Assembly (NCBI GenBank): GCA_035285545.1
Contig: JAYKGY010000053.1
Coordinates: 1-51,852, forward strand
Source: Snowella sp.
GTDB lineage: Bacteria; Cyanobacteriota; Cyanobacteriia; Cyanobacteriales; Microcystaceae
Direction: 5' to 3'
Length of the DNA stretch: 51,852 nt
The stretch's first letter is position 1; each line of letters opens with the position of its first letter. The notes under the pieces are model-generated. The model ran no database searches and was not told the origin of the DNA. It was given only the letters and a program-made list of their open reading frames with translations. The position numbers and the translations under genes were made by a program. Below, one piece after another: positions 20,178 to 31,432 of this stretch.

Positions 20178-20663
20178 ATGGTGAAACGATTTTTTTGGGT
20201 AGCGATCGCCACGGTATTTTTCTTATTCCACGTTTCAGTGGGCAGTGCTAATGCGGTCGAACTCACAGCGGAAACTTTAACGATTCCCTTAGATGGAACA
20301 GGTAAAACCGCAACCCTGACAGATCAAGAATTTGCAAAAGGTCAAAAGATTTTCGTTCAAAACTGCACGAAATGCCACCTGCAAGGAAAAACAAAAACCA
20401 ATAACAATGTCAGTTTAGGATTAAGTGATTTAGCTAAAGCTGAACCCCCACGGGATAATCTCCTCGCGATCGTGGATTATCTCAAAAATCCCACCAGCTA
20501 CGACGGGGTAGACGACTATACCGAATTACACCCCAACGTTACTAGACCCGATATCTATCCTGAATTGAAAAATTTAACGGAAGATGATGTCTATGATGTG
20601 GCAGGTTATACCCTCGTTGCACCGAAACTGGATGAACGCTGGGGCGGCACAATTTATTTCTAA
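20178..20663 (+). CDS. psbV: photosystem II cytochrome c550
   Basis: signal peptide ending ANA; CTKCH heme motif; LQGKTKTNNNVSLG...ELHPN...WGGTIYF as in Synechocystis PsbV; GAGGAG RBS. Confidence 0.95.
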   Translation: MVKRFFWVAIATVFFLFHVSVGSANAVELTAETLTIPLDGTGKTATLTDQEFAKGQKIFVQNCTKCHLQGKTKTNNNVSLGLSDLAKAEPPRDNLLAIVDYLKNPTSYDGVDDYTELHPNVTRPDIYPELKNLTEDDVYDVAGYTLVAPKLDERWGGTIYF

Positions 20664-21231
20664 ACCATTTCTAAATTACTCATAATAAATTGAATGTTAA
20701 TAGGATAATTCCCCAAGAGTTATCTTATTTTTTTTGTAAACTGAAGAAATCCCAACTTGCCTGCGGCGCATTGACGAAGAAGAACCGCAATAAAAATGAA
20801 AAAAAGCTGATCCAAATAAAAAAGAGAGTCAGTATGCCAAGAAAGAACATTAAATTTGGGTTGAATTTTGGAGTTAAATTTTGGATTAAAAAGGGCTGAT
20901 TTTAGGCTGTTCATGAGCAGTTAATTCCCCTTAAAACCCATCCCATTATTATGATATTTCAGAAAATTTCAAACTCAGTCAAAACTTGATTTCAAATAGC
21001 ATTCATGACAACAATACTGATTAAAGTGTTAAAGCTAGTTTATCCGAAAAACATTATCATGATGGGGATAATCTAGAAAACTGTTGAGTTTGTAAGACTA
21101 TCATTAAAATTGATTGTAAACTTTAGATAGATATTAATAAATAAAGTAAGGGTTCTTTCAAGGTTTTCATAATAGATCAGACATTATTTTTATTTTTCGA
21201 TAAAATAGTAACAATAGCAACTTAACTATCA

Positions 21232-24200
21232 ATGATTAGTTCTAATTCCTTACCTCCCCAAAATATTGAAGCAGAAGAATCCATTTTAGGTGGAATTTTA
21301 CTCGATCCAGAAGCGATGGGGCGGGTTGTAGATGTTTTAGTTGCAGAAGCTTTTTATGTGAGAGCGCATCGAGAGATCTATGAAGCAGCCTTAAAACTTC
21401 ATGCTCAGGGAAAACCGACGGATTTAATGACCGTTACCAGTATTTTGCAGGACTATCATTTACTAGATCAAGTCGGGGGTATTGGTAAATTAGCCCAATT
21501 AGTAGACCGAACGGTTTCGGCGGTTAATATTGATCGCTATGCTGCTTTGGTGATGGATAAATATCTCCGTCGTCAATTAATTAGCGCAGGTCACGAAATT
21601 ATTGATTTGGGCTACGACACGACCTTAGATCTAGATGTGGTCTTTGATGAATCGGAAAAAAAGATTTTTCGTTTAACCCAAAAGCGTCCTCAAGAAGGCT
21701 TAATTTCTATTTCAGAAACTCTGATCACAACGTTTAATGAACTCGAAAAACTCCATCAAAAAACCGCGAGTCCTGGCTTAGAAACCGATTTTTATGATCT
21801 TGATGCCATGACGGGGGGATTACAGCGTTCTGATCTGATTATCTTGGCGGGTCGGCCTTCAATGGGGAAATGTTGTGAAGCGAATTCAGAAATTGTCTTA
21901 GCGGATGGTCGTGTTTGTACCATCACTCAAATTTATGAGCAACAAACAGCAGATATTTTAACGCTCAAACAAGATTGGAAACTTTCTTGGACAAAACCTT
22001 CAGCATTTGTTGATGATAGCTTAAAACCCGTTTTTCGTGTTACCACAAGATTAGGACGCTCATTAGAAACAACATTAACTCATCCTTATTTAACAATAAC
22101 AGGTTGGCAAGCTCTTTCTGCCTTAAAAGTTGGTGATAAAATTGCTGTTCCTCGTCAAATACCTTGTTTTGGTAAAGAAATTTTAAGTTCTGCACAAATC
22201 AAAGTATTAGCCTATTTAATTGGTGATGGAGATGTCACAGGAAGTTGCCCTCGTTTTACCAATATTAATCCTAGAGTTCAGCAAGATTTTGAACAATCAG
22301 TTAAGGAATTTACAGGAATTAAAGTTCGGATTGAAACCTCTAATAATACGCGAACTCCAACCCTTCGAGTTTCTAAAGATCTAGATTTTATTAAAGAACA
22401 AAGAAGTATTTTTTCAAAAAAATTTAATAACCTAATTCAGTCAAAAGCCATAGATATTAAAGACTTAGCCAGTAAGCTAGGCGTTAGTATTGATACTATT
22501 CATAATTGGAGAAAAGGTTATTGTTTTCCTGAAAAAGATAGCTTTAATTTACTGTGTCAAGCATTGGATATTGATCCAAGTCTCTTGCTCCTATGTGAAA
22601 TTGAAGGAGTCATGAAAAATGGGATAAGTAGTGTCAAAAATTGGTTGCAAATGCTAGGAGTAGATGGCAAAACTGCTCATACAAAAACCATTCCTGATAT
22701 TATTTTCCAATTAGAACGCTCTTTACTCGCTCTTTTTATTAATCGATTATTCGCAACAGATGGTTGGGCTAGTATTCTTAAAAGTCAACAAATTCAGTTA
22801 GGTTATGCAAGCGTTAGTGAAAAGTTAGCTCGACAAATTCAACACCTTCTTTTACGCTTTGGAATTATTGCTAGATTAAAGAAACGGTCAATCAAATATC
22901 AAGACAAACGCCAAAATGCTTGGCAATTAGACATTACAGATGCCTATTCAATCAAAAATTTTATTGAAGAAATCGGTATTTTTGGTAAAGAAGAGCAACT
23001 GATTGCCATCCAATCTATATTAGCCACTAAAAATTACCAGACGAATTGTGATCTTATTCCCATAGAGATTTGGCAACAGTTAAAAATAGCGAAAGGCAAT
23101 GAATCTTGGTCTTCTTTAGGAAGACGGGCTGGCATTATCAGTGCGAGTAATCTTCATGTAGGGAAACGAGCTTTTACAAGACAGCGTTTATTACAATTAT
23201 CAACTGCCTTAGAGGATCTTCCTCTTCAACAATTAGCCAATAGTGATGTTTACTGGGATGAAATTGTCTCAATTGAATCCGTTGGCTTAAAACAAGTTTA
23301 TGATTTAACGATTCCTGAGACTCATAATTTTATCGCTAATGATATTTGTGTTCACAATACGGCTTTTGGATTAGCGATCGCTTCCAATATCGCTAAAAAA
23401 CATGATTTACCAGTAGCGATCTTTAGCTTGGAAATGTCCAAGGAACAACTAGCCTTACGTCTATTAGCCAGCGAATCCAAAATTGATAGTAATCGCTTAA
23501 GAACCGGCCATTTTAGCCAAAGTGAACTAGAACCCCTCAGCATGGCCCTGGGTGATTTATCGAGTCTCCCCATTTTTATTGATGACACCTCGAATATTTC
23601 TGTCATGCAGATGCGATCGCAAGTTCGACGACTACAAAGTGAACAAAAATCTAATATTGGCTTAGTGTTAATCGATTACCTGCAATTAATGGAAGGGGGA
23701 AGCGATAATCGGGTTCAAGAATTATCTAAAATTACCCGTTCTTTAAAAGGCTTAGCCAGAGAAATTAATGCGCCTGTGATTGCCCTATCCCAATTAAGCC
23801 GAGGCGTAGAATCGAGAACCAATAAACGTCCTATGATGTCAGATTTAAGGGAATCAGGCTGTTTAAGTGGAGATAGTTTAGTGACTTTAGCGGATAGTGG
23901 GAAACAGGTCCCCATTCAAGATCTAGTCGGTCAATCAGGTTTTTCTGTATGGGCATTGAATGAAACAACAATGAAGCTAGAAAAAACATTTGTTAGCCAT
24001 GCTTTTTGTACAGGAACTAAAACTGTTTATTCTTTGACAACTCGTTTAGGTAGAACGATCAAGGCAACGGCTAATCATAAATTTTTGACTATTGAAGGTT
24101 GGAAACGATTGGATGAGTTACAGATAAATGACCATATTGCCCTACCTAGACTATTACCCAGTTCATCTTTACAAACGATGGATGATTCCGAATTAGCATT

Positions 24201-25344
24201 ATTAGGCCATTTGATTGGAGATGGTTGTACTTTACCCCGTCACGCTATTCAATACACGACACGAGAAAAAGATTTAGCCGACTTGGTTGCTTCCCTAGCT
24301 ACTGTTGTTTTTCGCGATCAAATTGCGCCTAGAATTCAGCAGGAGCGTCAATGGTATCAAGTCTATCTAACGGCTAATTATCCTTTAACTCATAATGTCA
24401 AAAATCCAATTGCTAAATGGTTGGAAAATTTAGGGATTTTTGGCTTAAGGTCGTATGAAAAATTCATTCCTCAATTAGTTTTTGAACAACCTCAAGAGGC
24501 GATCGCTATTTTTCTTAAACATCTATGGTGTACAGATGGCTGTATTCAACCCAAAAAAGGAAAAACAATTTATCCTGCGGTTTATTATGCATCTAGTAGC
24601 GGAATTTTAGCAAAAGATGTACAAACTTTATTGTTAAAGCTAGGAATTAATGCACGTTTATCTAAGGTATCTCAGGGAACAAAAGGACGAAATCAGTACC
24701 ATGTTTCGATATCAGGAAAGCCAGACTTAGAAACATTTGTGAATTTGATTGGTGCAGTTGGTATCTATAAAAACAAAGCACTCGAAAAAATCAAGAGCCA
24801 TATTGGGACTTATTCAGGCAATACAAATCGAGATATTATTCCAAAGAATATTTGGAAAACATTTGTCGTCCCTGCTTTACAAGAAGCTAAAATTACAACA
24901 CGGCAATTACATAAAGAGCTTGGTAATGCTTATTGTGGAACCACTCTTTATAAACAGAATGTCAGTCGAATTCGAGCAGAAAAATTAGCTAAAATCATTT
25001 CTTCTCAAGAAATTCATTTATTGTCCAAAAGTAATATTTATTGGGATTCAGTTAAATCAATTGATTTAGTAGGAGAAACTGAAGTTTATGACTTAACAGT
25101 TCCGCAGTTTCATAATTTTATTTGTAATAACTTTGTTGTTCACAATAGTATTGAGCAAGATGCCGATTTAATTATGATGATTTATCGGGATGAATATTAT
25201 AATCCTGATACGCCTGATCAAGGTATTGCCGAAATTTTGATTACTAAACATCGAAATGGGCCTACTGGAGTCATTAAACTTTTATTCCAACCCCAATTTA
25301 CGCAATTTTTAAATATGCAAAGATACGATAATAACAATTATTAA
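21232..25344 (+). CDS. dnaB: replicative DNA helicase DnaB precursor with two inteins (445-aa extein)
   Basis: PPQNIEAE, GRPSMGK|T, FSLEMS, DYLQL, LSQLSR and DLRESG|SIEQDAD motifs. Confidence 0.97.
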   Translation: MISSNSLPPQNIEAEESILGGILLDPEAMGRVVDVLVAEAFYVRAHREIYEAALKLHAQGKPTDLMTVTSILQDYHLLDQVGGIGKLAQLVDRTVSAVNIDRYAALVMDKYLRRQLISAGHEIIDLGYDTTLDLDVVFDESEKKIFRLTQKRPQEGLISISETLITTFNELEKLHQKTASPGLETDFYDLDAMTGGLQRSDLIILAGRPSMGKCCEANSEIVLADGRVCTITQIYEQQTADILTLKQDWKLSWTKPSAFVDDSLKPVFRVTTRLGRSLETTLTHPYLTITGWQALSALKVGDKIAVPRQIPCFGKEILSSAQIKVLAYLIGDGDVTGSCPRFTNINPRVQQDFEQSVKEFTGIKVRIETSNNTRTPTLRVSKDLDFIKEQRSIFSKKFNNLIQSKAIDIKDLASKLGVSIDTIHNWRKGYCFPEKDSFNLLCQALDIDPSLLLLCEIEGVMKNGISSVKNWLQMLGVDGKTAHTKTIPDIIFQLERSLLALFINRLFATDGWASILKSQQIQLGYASVSEKLARQIQHLLLRFGIIARLKKRSIKYQDKRQNAWQLDITDAYSIKNFIEEIGIFGKEEQLIAIQSILATKNYQTNCDLIPIEIWQQLKIAKGNESWSSLGRRAGIISASNLHVGKRAFTRQRLLQLSTALEDLPLQQLANSDVYWDEIVSIESVGLKQVYDLTIPETHNFIANDICVHNTAFGLAIASNIAKKHDLPVAIFSLEMSKEQLALRLLASESKIDSNRLRTGHFSQSELEPLSMALGDLSSLPIFIDDTSNISVMQMRSQVRRLQSEQKSNIGLVLIDYLQLMEGGSDNRVQELSKITRSLKGLAREINAPVIALSQLSRGVESRTNKRPMMSDLRESGCLSGDSLVTLADSGKQVPIQDLVGQSGFSVWALNETTMKLEKTFVSHAFCTGTKTVYSLTTRLGRTIKATANHKFLTIEGWKRLDELQINDHIALPRLLPSSSLQTMDDSELALLGHLIGDGCTLPRHAIQYTTREKDLADLVASLATVVFRDQIAPRIQQERQWYQVYLTANYPLTHNVKNPIAKWLENLGIFGLRSYEKFIPQLVFEQPQEAIAIFLKHLWCTDGCIQPKKGKTIYPAVYYASSSGILAKDVQTLLLKLGINARLSKVSQGTKGRNQYHVSISGKPDLETFVNLIGAVGIYKNKALEKIKSHIGTYSGNTNRDIIPKNIWKTFVVPALQEAKITTRQLHKELGNAYCGTTLYKQNVSRIRAEKLAKIISSQEIHLLSKSNIYWDSVKSIDLVGETEVYDLTVPQFHNFICNNFVVHNSIEQDADLIMMIYRDEYYNPDTPDQGIAEILITKHRNGPTGVIKLLFQPQFTQFLNMQRYDNNNY
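21871..23358 (+). mobile_element. intein 1 (496 aa) in the Walker A loop, LAGLIDADG endonuclease with an inserted HTH
   Basis: begins CCEANSEIV and ends VYDLTI..THNFIANDICVHN, followed by Thr; TxxH block B (TLTH); LAYLIGDG and LFATDG motifs. Confidence 0.95.
23860..25146 (+). mobile_element. intein 2 (429 aa) at the Ssp DnaB site, LAGLIDADG endonuclease
   Basis: begins CLSGDSLV; TANH block B; LGHLIGDG and LWCTDG motifs; ends VYDLTV..HNFICNNFVVHN, followed by Ser. Confidence 0.96.
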
Positions 25345-25383
25345 AAATATAATAATGCCGATTGAAAATTAATTTTAAAATTA

Positions 25384-25857
25384 TTAATTGCGCCTTAGAT
25401 ACTCAACTAAAGCCTGTAACCCTAATCGATAACTATTGGGCCCAAACCCACTAATCTGGCCGATCGCAAGGGGAGCAATATAGGAATGATGACGAAAATC
25501 TTCGCGTTGATAAATATTACTTAAATGAACTTCTACTGTCGGAATTTTCACTGCGGCTAGGGCATCCCGAATTGCCACACTCGTATGGGTATAAGCACCG
25601 GCATTGATTAGGATTCCCTGATATTGATCCAATGCCGCTTGAATTTTATCAACCAGAACCCCTTCATGGTTTGACTGTACACAATGAACCGACGCGCCCA
25701 AACTTTCCCCTTCGCTTTTTAAGAAATGGTTAATTTCTTCAAGCGTTACCGATCCATAAATATGGGGTTCTCGTTTACCTAAAAGATTGAGATTCGGGCC
25801 GTGTAATACTAATAAGCTTAACGATCGCGAAGCTTGAGAAGACACGTAATTATCCAA
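25384..25857 (-). CDS. aroQ: type II 3-dehydroquinate dehydratase
   Basis: [32 protein letters not shown] and EVHLSNI motifs. Confidence 0.96.
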   Translation of the reverse strand: MDNYVSSQASRSLSLLVLHGPNLNLLGKREPHIYGSVTLEEINHFLKSEGESLGASVHCVQSNHEGVLVDKIQAALDQYQGILINAGAYTHTSVAIRDALAAVKIPTVEVHLSNIYQREDFRHHSYIAPLAIGQISGFGPNSYRLGLQALVEYLRRN

Positions 25858-25879
25858 TACTTATCCTTGAACGCTAAAA

Positions 25880-26014
25880 TCAACGACGTTTCCGGTCGTC
25901 AACAGGAATCGGAATTAACTCAGCTTCTGGCTCAACTTCAGGGCCTAATAAAGTCTCGATTAGCTTTTGAGCTAATTCTCTGAGTTTTTCGATTAACTTT
26001 TCCAAATAGTCCAT
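25880..26014 (-). CDS. unannotated 44-aa small protein
   Basis: hand translation MDYLEKLIEKLRELAQKLIETLLGPEVEPEAELIPIPVDDRKRR; AGGAG upstream; amphipathic helix plus PIPV motif. Confidence 0.7.
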   Translation of the reverse strand: MDYLEKLIEKLRELAQKLIETLLGPEVEPEAELIPIPVDDRKRR

Positions 26015-26377
26015 CAAACAGACGGCTCCTAATACTACCGTAGGTTTTGGCTAGCAGTTTGCTTAGAAAAAGTTGGATTATTCTGTGCAGTCAGGCCAAG
26101 TTAATGGCTAACTGATTGAATGTCTATCCTTAGCTTCGACTAGACAAACTGAGGATCCAGAAATTGTTCCCAAATCAAGACTAGCACATATTCCTCTAGG
26201 GGGTATAGGTACATTATTAAGTTTTTGTTACGAAGTGGAACCCTATAGAATTCGACTTACCCTTAGGAGGCTATTTTCTCAATATAGCTACTTGCTTTCC
26301 CAAAATTATCCCTCTTAAGAAAGGACTTTGCTCTCAAGAGGGACTGGATTCAAGATTGTTTAACAACCAGTTAATGA

Positions 26378-26722
26378 TTAAGCTTCGACAGGAACCCGTT
26401 CTGTGACTTCTGCGTTATCTTCAGTTGCTGCTTTTTGAGCAGGTAATTTAAGGGTCATGTAACGGATGACGGCTTCACTTAATCGCATAGCCCGTTCGAG
26501 GGGAGCCACTTGTTTCCCGTCTGCTTGATAATTAACCAATACATAAATCCCGTCTTGGAATTTTTGGATGGGGTAGGCTAAGCGGCGTTTGCCCCAAACT
26601 TTGATGTTGATATCTTGCGCGTTATATTGTTCTAAAAACTCACGGTAACGGGTAACTTCTTGTTGGACTTGCTCTTCTCCCATATCAGGGCGAAGAATGT
26701 ACATTAATTCGTAGTTATTCAT
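26378..26722 (-). CDS. rpsF: 30S ribosomal protein S6
   Basis: [10 protein letters not shown]...[10 protein letters not shown]...VIRYM. Confidence 0.97.
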   Translation of the reverse strand: MNNYELMYILRPDMGEEQVQQEVTRYREFLEQYNAQDINIKVWGKRRLAYPIQKFQDGIYVLVNYQADGKQVAPLERAMRLSEAVIRYMTLKLPAQKAATEDNAEVTERVPVEA

Positions 26723-26732
26723 GAAAAAGCTG

Positions 26733-26811
26733 TCTCCCTATGGACAAAATGGCTTCTCGCACAAAAACGAAGTCAGAAAAAGAATTTCTTTGTTTTTTAC
26801 AGAAGCAAGGA
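26733..26811 (-). promoter_or_regulatory. putative S6:S18-binding ribosomal leader RNA
   Basis: minus strand UCCUU-GCUUCU...AGAAGC-CAUUUUGU-CCA-U-AGGGAG: P1 sequesters the SD, P2 is a 6-bp stem, and CCR lies in the internal loop. Confidence 0.6.
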
Positions 26812-26889
26812 TCTTATATCATACTACCATGTTGGAGTTTACCGAGAAAGAACTTCCATTTCCCTTTACTTAGCCACCGTTTGATTGTT

Positions 26890-27672
26890 ATGGCGCAACG
26901 TTATGTTCGGATTCAAACCCCTGAAGGCCAGATTCATTATGGCTTACTGCAACTTAATCACAATGTAGATTTATTGGATGCTGCGCCTTGGTTGGGCGGT
27001 CAGTTAACCGGAATTACCTTACCCGAAGAGCGTTATCAACTGTTAGCCCCTTGTACTCCATCAAAAATTGTTGCCGTCGGACGAAATTATTCAGCCCATG
27101 CGGCCGAGTTAGGCAATGAAGTGCCAGCCGAACCCTTAATTTTTTTTAAACCCCCCACAGCGATCGCGGCAGAGGGGCAATACGTTCCCTATCCAAAACA
27201 ATCGCAACGGGTAGATTACGAAGGAGAATTAGCATTGGTGATTGGCAAACCAGCCAAAAACTGTACCGTTGAGCAGGCCCACCATAAAATTTGGGGTTAT
27301 ACCATTGCTAATGACATTACCGCCAGAGATTTACAAAAAAAAGATGATCAATGGACAAGAGCCAAAGGATTTGATTCTTTTTGTCCCCTTGGCCCGTGGA
27401 TTGTTCGAGAAATTAGCATCGATGCTCGTCTACAAACCTTTTTGAACGACGATCCAACCCCAAAACAATCGGCATTATTAACGGAAATGGTTTTTTCCCC
27501 TGATGTGCTCGTTTCCTATATCTCCCAAGTGATGACCCTGTTACCTGGGGATATTATTCTGACAGGAACGCCGGAAGGGATTGGCCCAATGGCAGTCGGA
27601 GATGTGGTTCGGGTCGAAATTCAGGGGATTGGCTCTTTGGAAAATACCATTGTTGCCCCTGAAATTGACTAG
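26890..27672 (+). CDS. fumarylacetoacetate hydrolase family protein
   Basis: KIVAVGRNY..H, DYEGEL, NDITARDLQ, AKGFDSFCPLGP and TGTPEG motifs; start at MAQRYVR. Confidence 0.92.
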   Translation: MAQRYVRIQTPEGQIHYGLLQLNHNVDLLDAAPWLGGQLTGITLPEERYQLLAPCTPSKIVAVGRNYSAHAAELGNEVPAEPLIFFKPPTAIAAEGQYVPYPKQSQRVDYEGELALVIGKPAKNCTVEQAHHKIWGYTIANDITARDLQKKDDQWTRAKGFDSFCPLGPWIVREISIDARLQTFLNDDPTPKQSALLTEMVFSPDVLVSYISQVMTLLPGDIILTGTPEGIGPMAVGDVVRVEIQGIGSLENTIVAPEID

Positions 27673-27685
27673 CTTCGTTTAACTG

Positions 27686-28165
27686 TTACCAACGCACTTG
27701 AGAATAAGCCGCTTCAGAGATGGTCGGAATTTCAGCATAACGACCCATGACTGACTGAATAATGGAATAACCACAGGCCGCCAACGCACCTAAAAAGGCA
27801 ACATTGAAAAGGGTTTCGGTTAATAAATTTACGCCTAATCCGGGGAAAATGGTTTGGACAATTAAGCCAAATAACGCTAATAAAATGCCAATTAAAATAC
27901 ACTGCATGGCATTAAAACGAATAAAATGACTGATTTTTTCATTTCTTACAATTGCAAAAAATAACAATAGGAAGATAATGAAAGAAGCGAAGGGGAAACC
28001 ATAATAAATATTAATTAAAGGTTGGAGTGGTAAGTAAATTAAGGCTAAGGGGGGAAACTGGTTAATGAGAAACTTACCAAACTGTAAGGCATCCAATAAC
28101 GGAATAATATAAACTAACGCTCCGAAGATGCGATCTTTAGGGTCTGTTGAACCGCGTGAAGTCAT
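27686..28165 (-). CDS. Tic20/Ycf60 family membrane protein
   Basis: IVRNEKISHFIRFNAMQ and GRYAEIPTISEAAYSQV motifs; four TM segments. Confidence 0.9.
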   Translation of the reverse strand: MTSRGSTDPKDRIFGALVYIIPLLDALQFGKFLINQFPPLALIYLPLQPLINIYYGFPFASFIIFLLLFFAIVRNEKISHFIRFNAMQCILIGILLALFGLIVQTIFPGLGVNLLTETLFNVAFLGALAACGYSIIQSVMGRYAEIPTISEAAYSQVRW

Positions 28166-28510
28166 TTGTTTCTCCTAATTAACCAAATAAAATAACCTAG
28201 CAATATTGTTCTTTATTGTTCTTTTATTATGGCTCATAACCGTAGAAGTCATAATTACTTGGATTAAATCCCTGAATCCGTAACTCATTAAGCTGACATT
28301 GCCCTAAATTTCCTCATTCTGGAGAACGTTTGAGCGTTGCAATTTCTAAGTTTTTCCAATAAAGGCGATGAAAACAAAAACTAAATCGGCAAAATACGCC
28401 TGTAATCATTCACTTTCCACGGCTTTGGAGCAAGGTAAACAAAAGACAGCAGCAACACGACAAATAAAGTGTAAAGTGTTAATGCCGATTGAGAAGAAGT
28501 GTGAACCATT

Positions 28511-30112
28511 GTGTCTGAGTCAAAGAAAGTTTCTCGTTCTGTTGCCAATATTGCGGGTATTGTCGCGATCGCTACCCTGATTAGTAAAGTTTTTGGGTTA
28601 GTGCGAGAACAAATTGTGGCGGCAGCCTTTGGGGTGGGAGCAGTGGTCAATGCCTATTCCTATGCCTATGTCATACCTGGATTTTTGTTGATTCTGTTGG
28701 GGGGCATCAACGGCCCATTTCACAGTGCCCTCATTAGTGTCCTTTCTAAACGGGATAAATCGGAAGCGGGGCCTTTGGTGGAAACGGTTACAACTTTGGT
28801 GAGTAGCATCCTTCTTGTAATCACCATTATTCTCATCGTCTTTGCTAGTACCTTTATTGATCTGCTGGCCCCAGGACTCGACACTACCACGAGAGCGATC
28901 GCCGTTCAACAATTACAGATCATGGCTCCCCTTGCCTTATTTGCAGGTTTGATTGGCATTGGCTTTGGAGCCTTAAACGCGGCGGATCAGTATTGGTTGC
29001 CCAGTATTAGCCCGTTACTTTCTAGCATTACCGTTATTCTTCCCTTGGGGGTTGCCCTAGCCTATCTTGGTCCAAAGTTAAATACCCCATCCTATGCCTT
29101 GTTAGGTTCTTTATTACTTGCAGGGGGAACAATGGTGGGGGGAGTATTGCAATGGCTTGCCCAAATTGTAGCTCAGGGAAAAGCCGGTATGGGAAAACTC
29201 CGTTTGCGGTTTGATTGGCGACTCCCAGGCGTGAGTGATGTCATGCGCGTCATGATTCCGGCTACGCTCTCGTCGGGAATGCTTTACATTAACGTTTCCA
29301 CCGATCTGTTTTTCGCATCTTTTATTCCAAATGCGGCGGCATCCATGCGATATGCCAATTTTATCGCCCTAACTCCCTTGGGGATTATTTCTAACATGAT
29401 CCTAGTCCCCTTTATGCCCATTTTCTCCCGTTTAGCAACTCCTGAAAATTGGCCCGAACTCAAAGTAAAGATCCGTCAGGGGATTCTTTTAACGGCCCTG
29501 ACCATGTTGCCCCTCACTGCCATTTTTGTGGGCTTATCCGAACCGATCGTGCGGATTGTCTATCAACGGGGAGCCTTTAATGCAGACGCTTCTGAGGATG
29601 TCGTTCCTGTGTTAATGGCCTATGGGGCGGGAATGTTCTTTTATCTCTGCCGAGATGTGTTAGTGCGGGTTTTTTATGCCCTAGAGGACGGAAACACGCC
29701 TTTTAAGGTAAGTATTGTTAATATTTTTCTAAATGGTTTGTTCGATTACTTGTTTTATAAGCCCTTTGGCACATCAGGGTTAGTCTTTGCCACCATTGGG
29801 GTAAATGTTGTTTCAATGGTTGTTTTTATCGCCCTGCTCTATCGTCGTCTCAATGGCTTTCCCATCGGAGAATGGCTCCTGTCCTTACTGGGCTTAACGG
29901 GCATTAGCGCGATCGCGGGTTTTGCAGGTTGGGGATTTGACTATCAACTCGAAAAAGTGTTAGGAACGAGTAATTTAGTCATAGAATTAATACAGTTAGC
30001 CCTCGCTTGTGGCGTGACTTTAGGCGTTTTTGGCGTGTTAGCAATGCAATTAAAATTACCTGAAGTCAACATCTTAACGGAACGAATCACTAAAAAAATC
30101 AAGCGGTCTTAA
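28511..30112 (+). CDS. murJ: lipid II flippase MurJ (MviN)
   Basis: SKVFGLVRE..AAFG, YQRGAF and RVFYAL.D..TP motifs; multi-TM. Confidence 0.95.
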   Translation: MSESKKVSRSVANIAGIVAIATLISKVFGLVREQIVAAAFGVGAVVNAYSYAYVIPGFLLILLGGINGPFHSALISVLSKRDKSEAGPLVETVTTLVSSILLVITIILIVFASTFIDLLAPGLDTTTRAIAVQQLQIMAPLALFAGLIGIGFGALNAADQYWLPSISPLLSSITVILPLGVALAYLGPKLNTPSYALLGSLLLAGGTMVGGVLQWLAQIVAQGKAGMGKLRLRFDWRLPGVSDVMRVMIPATLSSGMLYINVSTDLFFASFIPNAAASMRYANFIALTPLGIISNMILVPFMPIFSRLATPENWPELKVKIRQGILLTALTMLPLTAIFVGLSEPIVRIVYQRGAFNADASEDVVPVLMAYGAGMFFYLCRDVLVRVFYALEDGNTPFKVSIVNIFLNGLFDYLFYKPFGTSGLVFATIGVNVVSMVVFIALLYRRLNGFPIGEWLLSLLGLTGISAIAGFAGWGFDYQLEKVLGTSNLVIELIQLALACGVTLGVFGVLAMQLKLPEVNILTERITKKIKRS

Positions 30113-30127
30113 TAATTAATTAATTGA

Positions 30128-31432
<1,305 letters not shown>

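Noticed and set aside
20118..20663. Possible psbV2 paralog
   Set aside because: The sequence follows the Synechocystis-type canonical PsbV, including the distal His (ELHPN) and the WGGTIYF end.
20690..20914. Two overlapping 64-69 aa ORFs between psbV and dnaB
   Set aside because: Lys/Asn/Phe-rich translations typical of AT-rich non-coding DNA.
20664..21231. oriC next to dnaB
   Set aside because: No clustered DnaA boxes were seen; AT-richness alone is insufficient.
26740..26889. 50-aa N-terminal extension of the FAA hydrolase
   Set aside because: It overlaps the rpsF leader and promoter on the opposite strand; the family-like sequence begins at MAQRYVR (26890).
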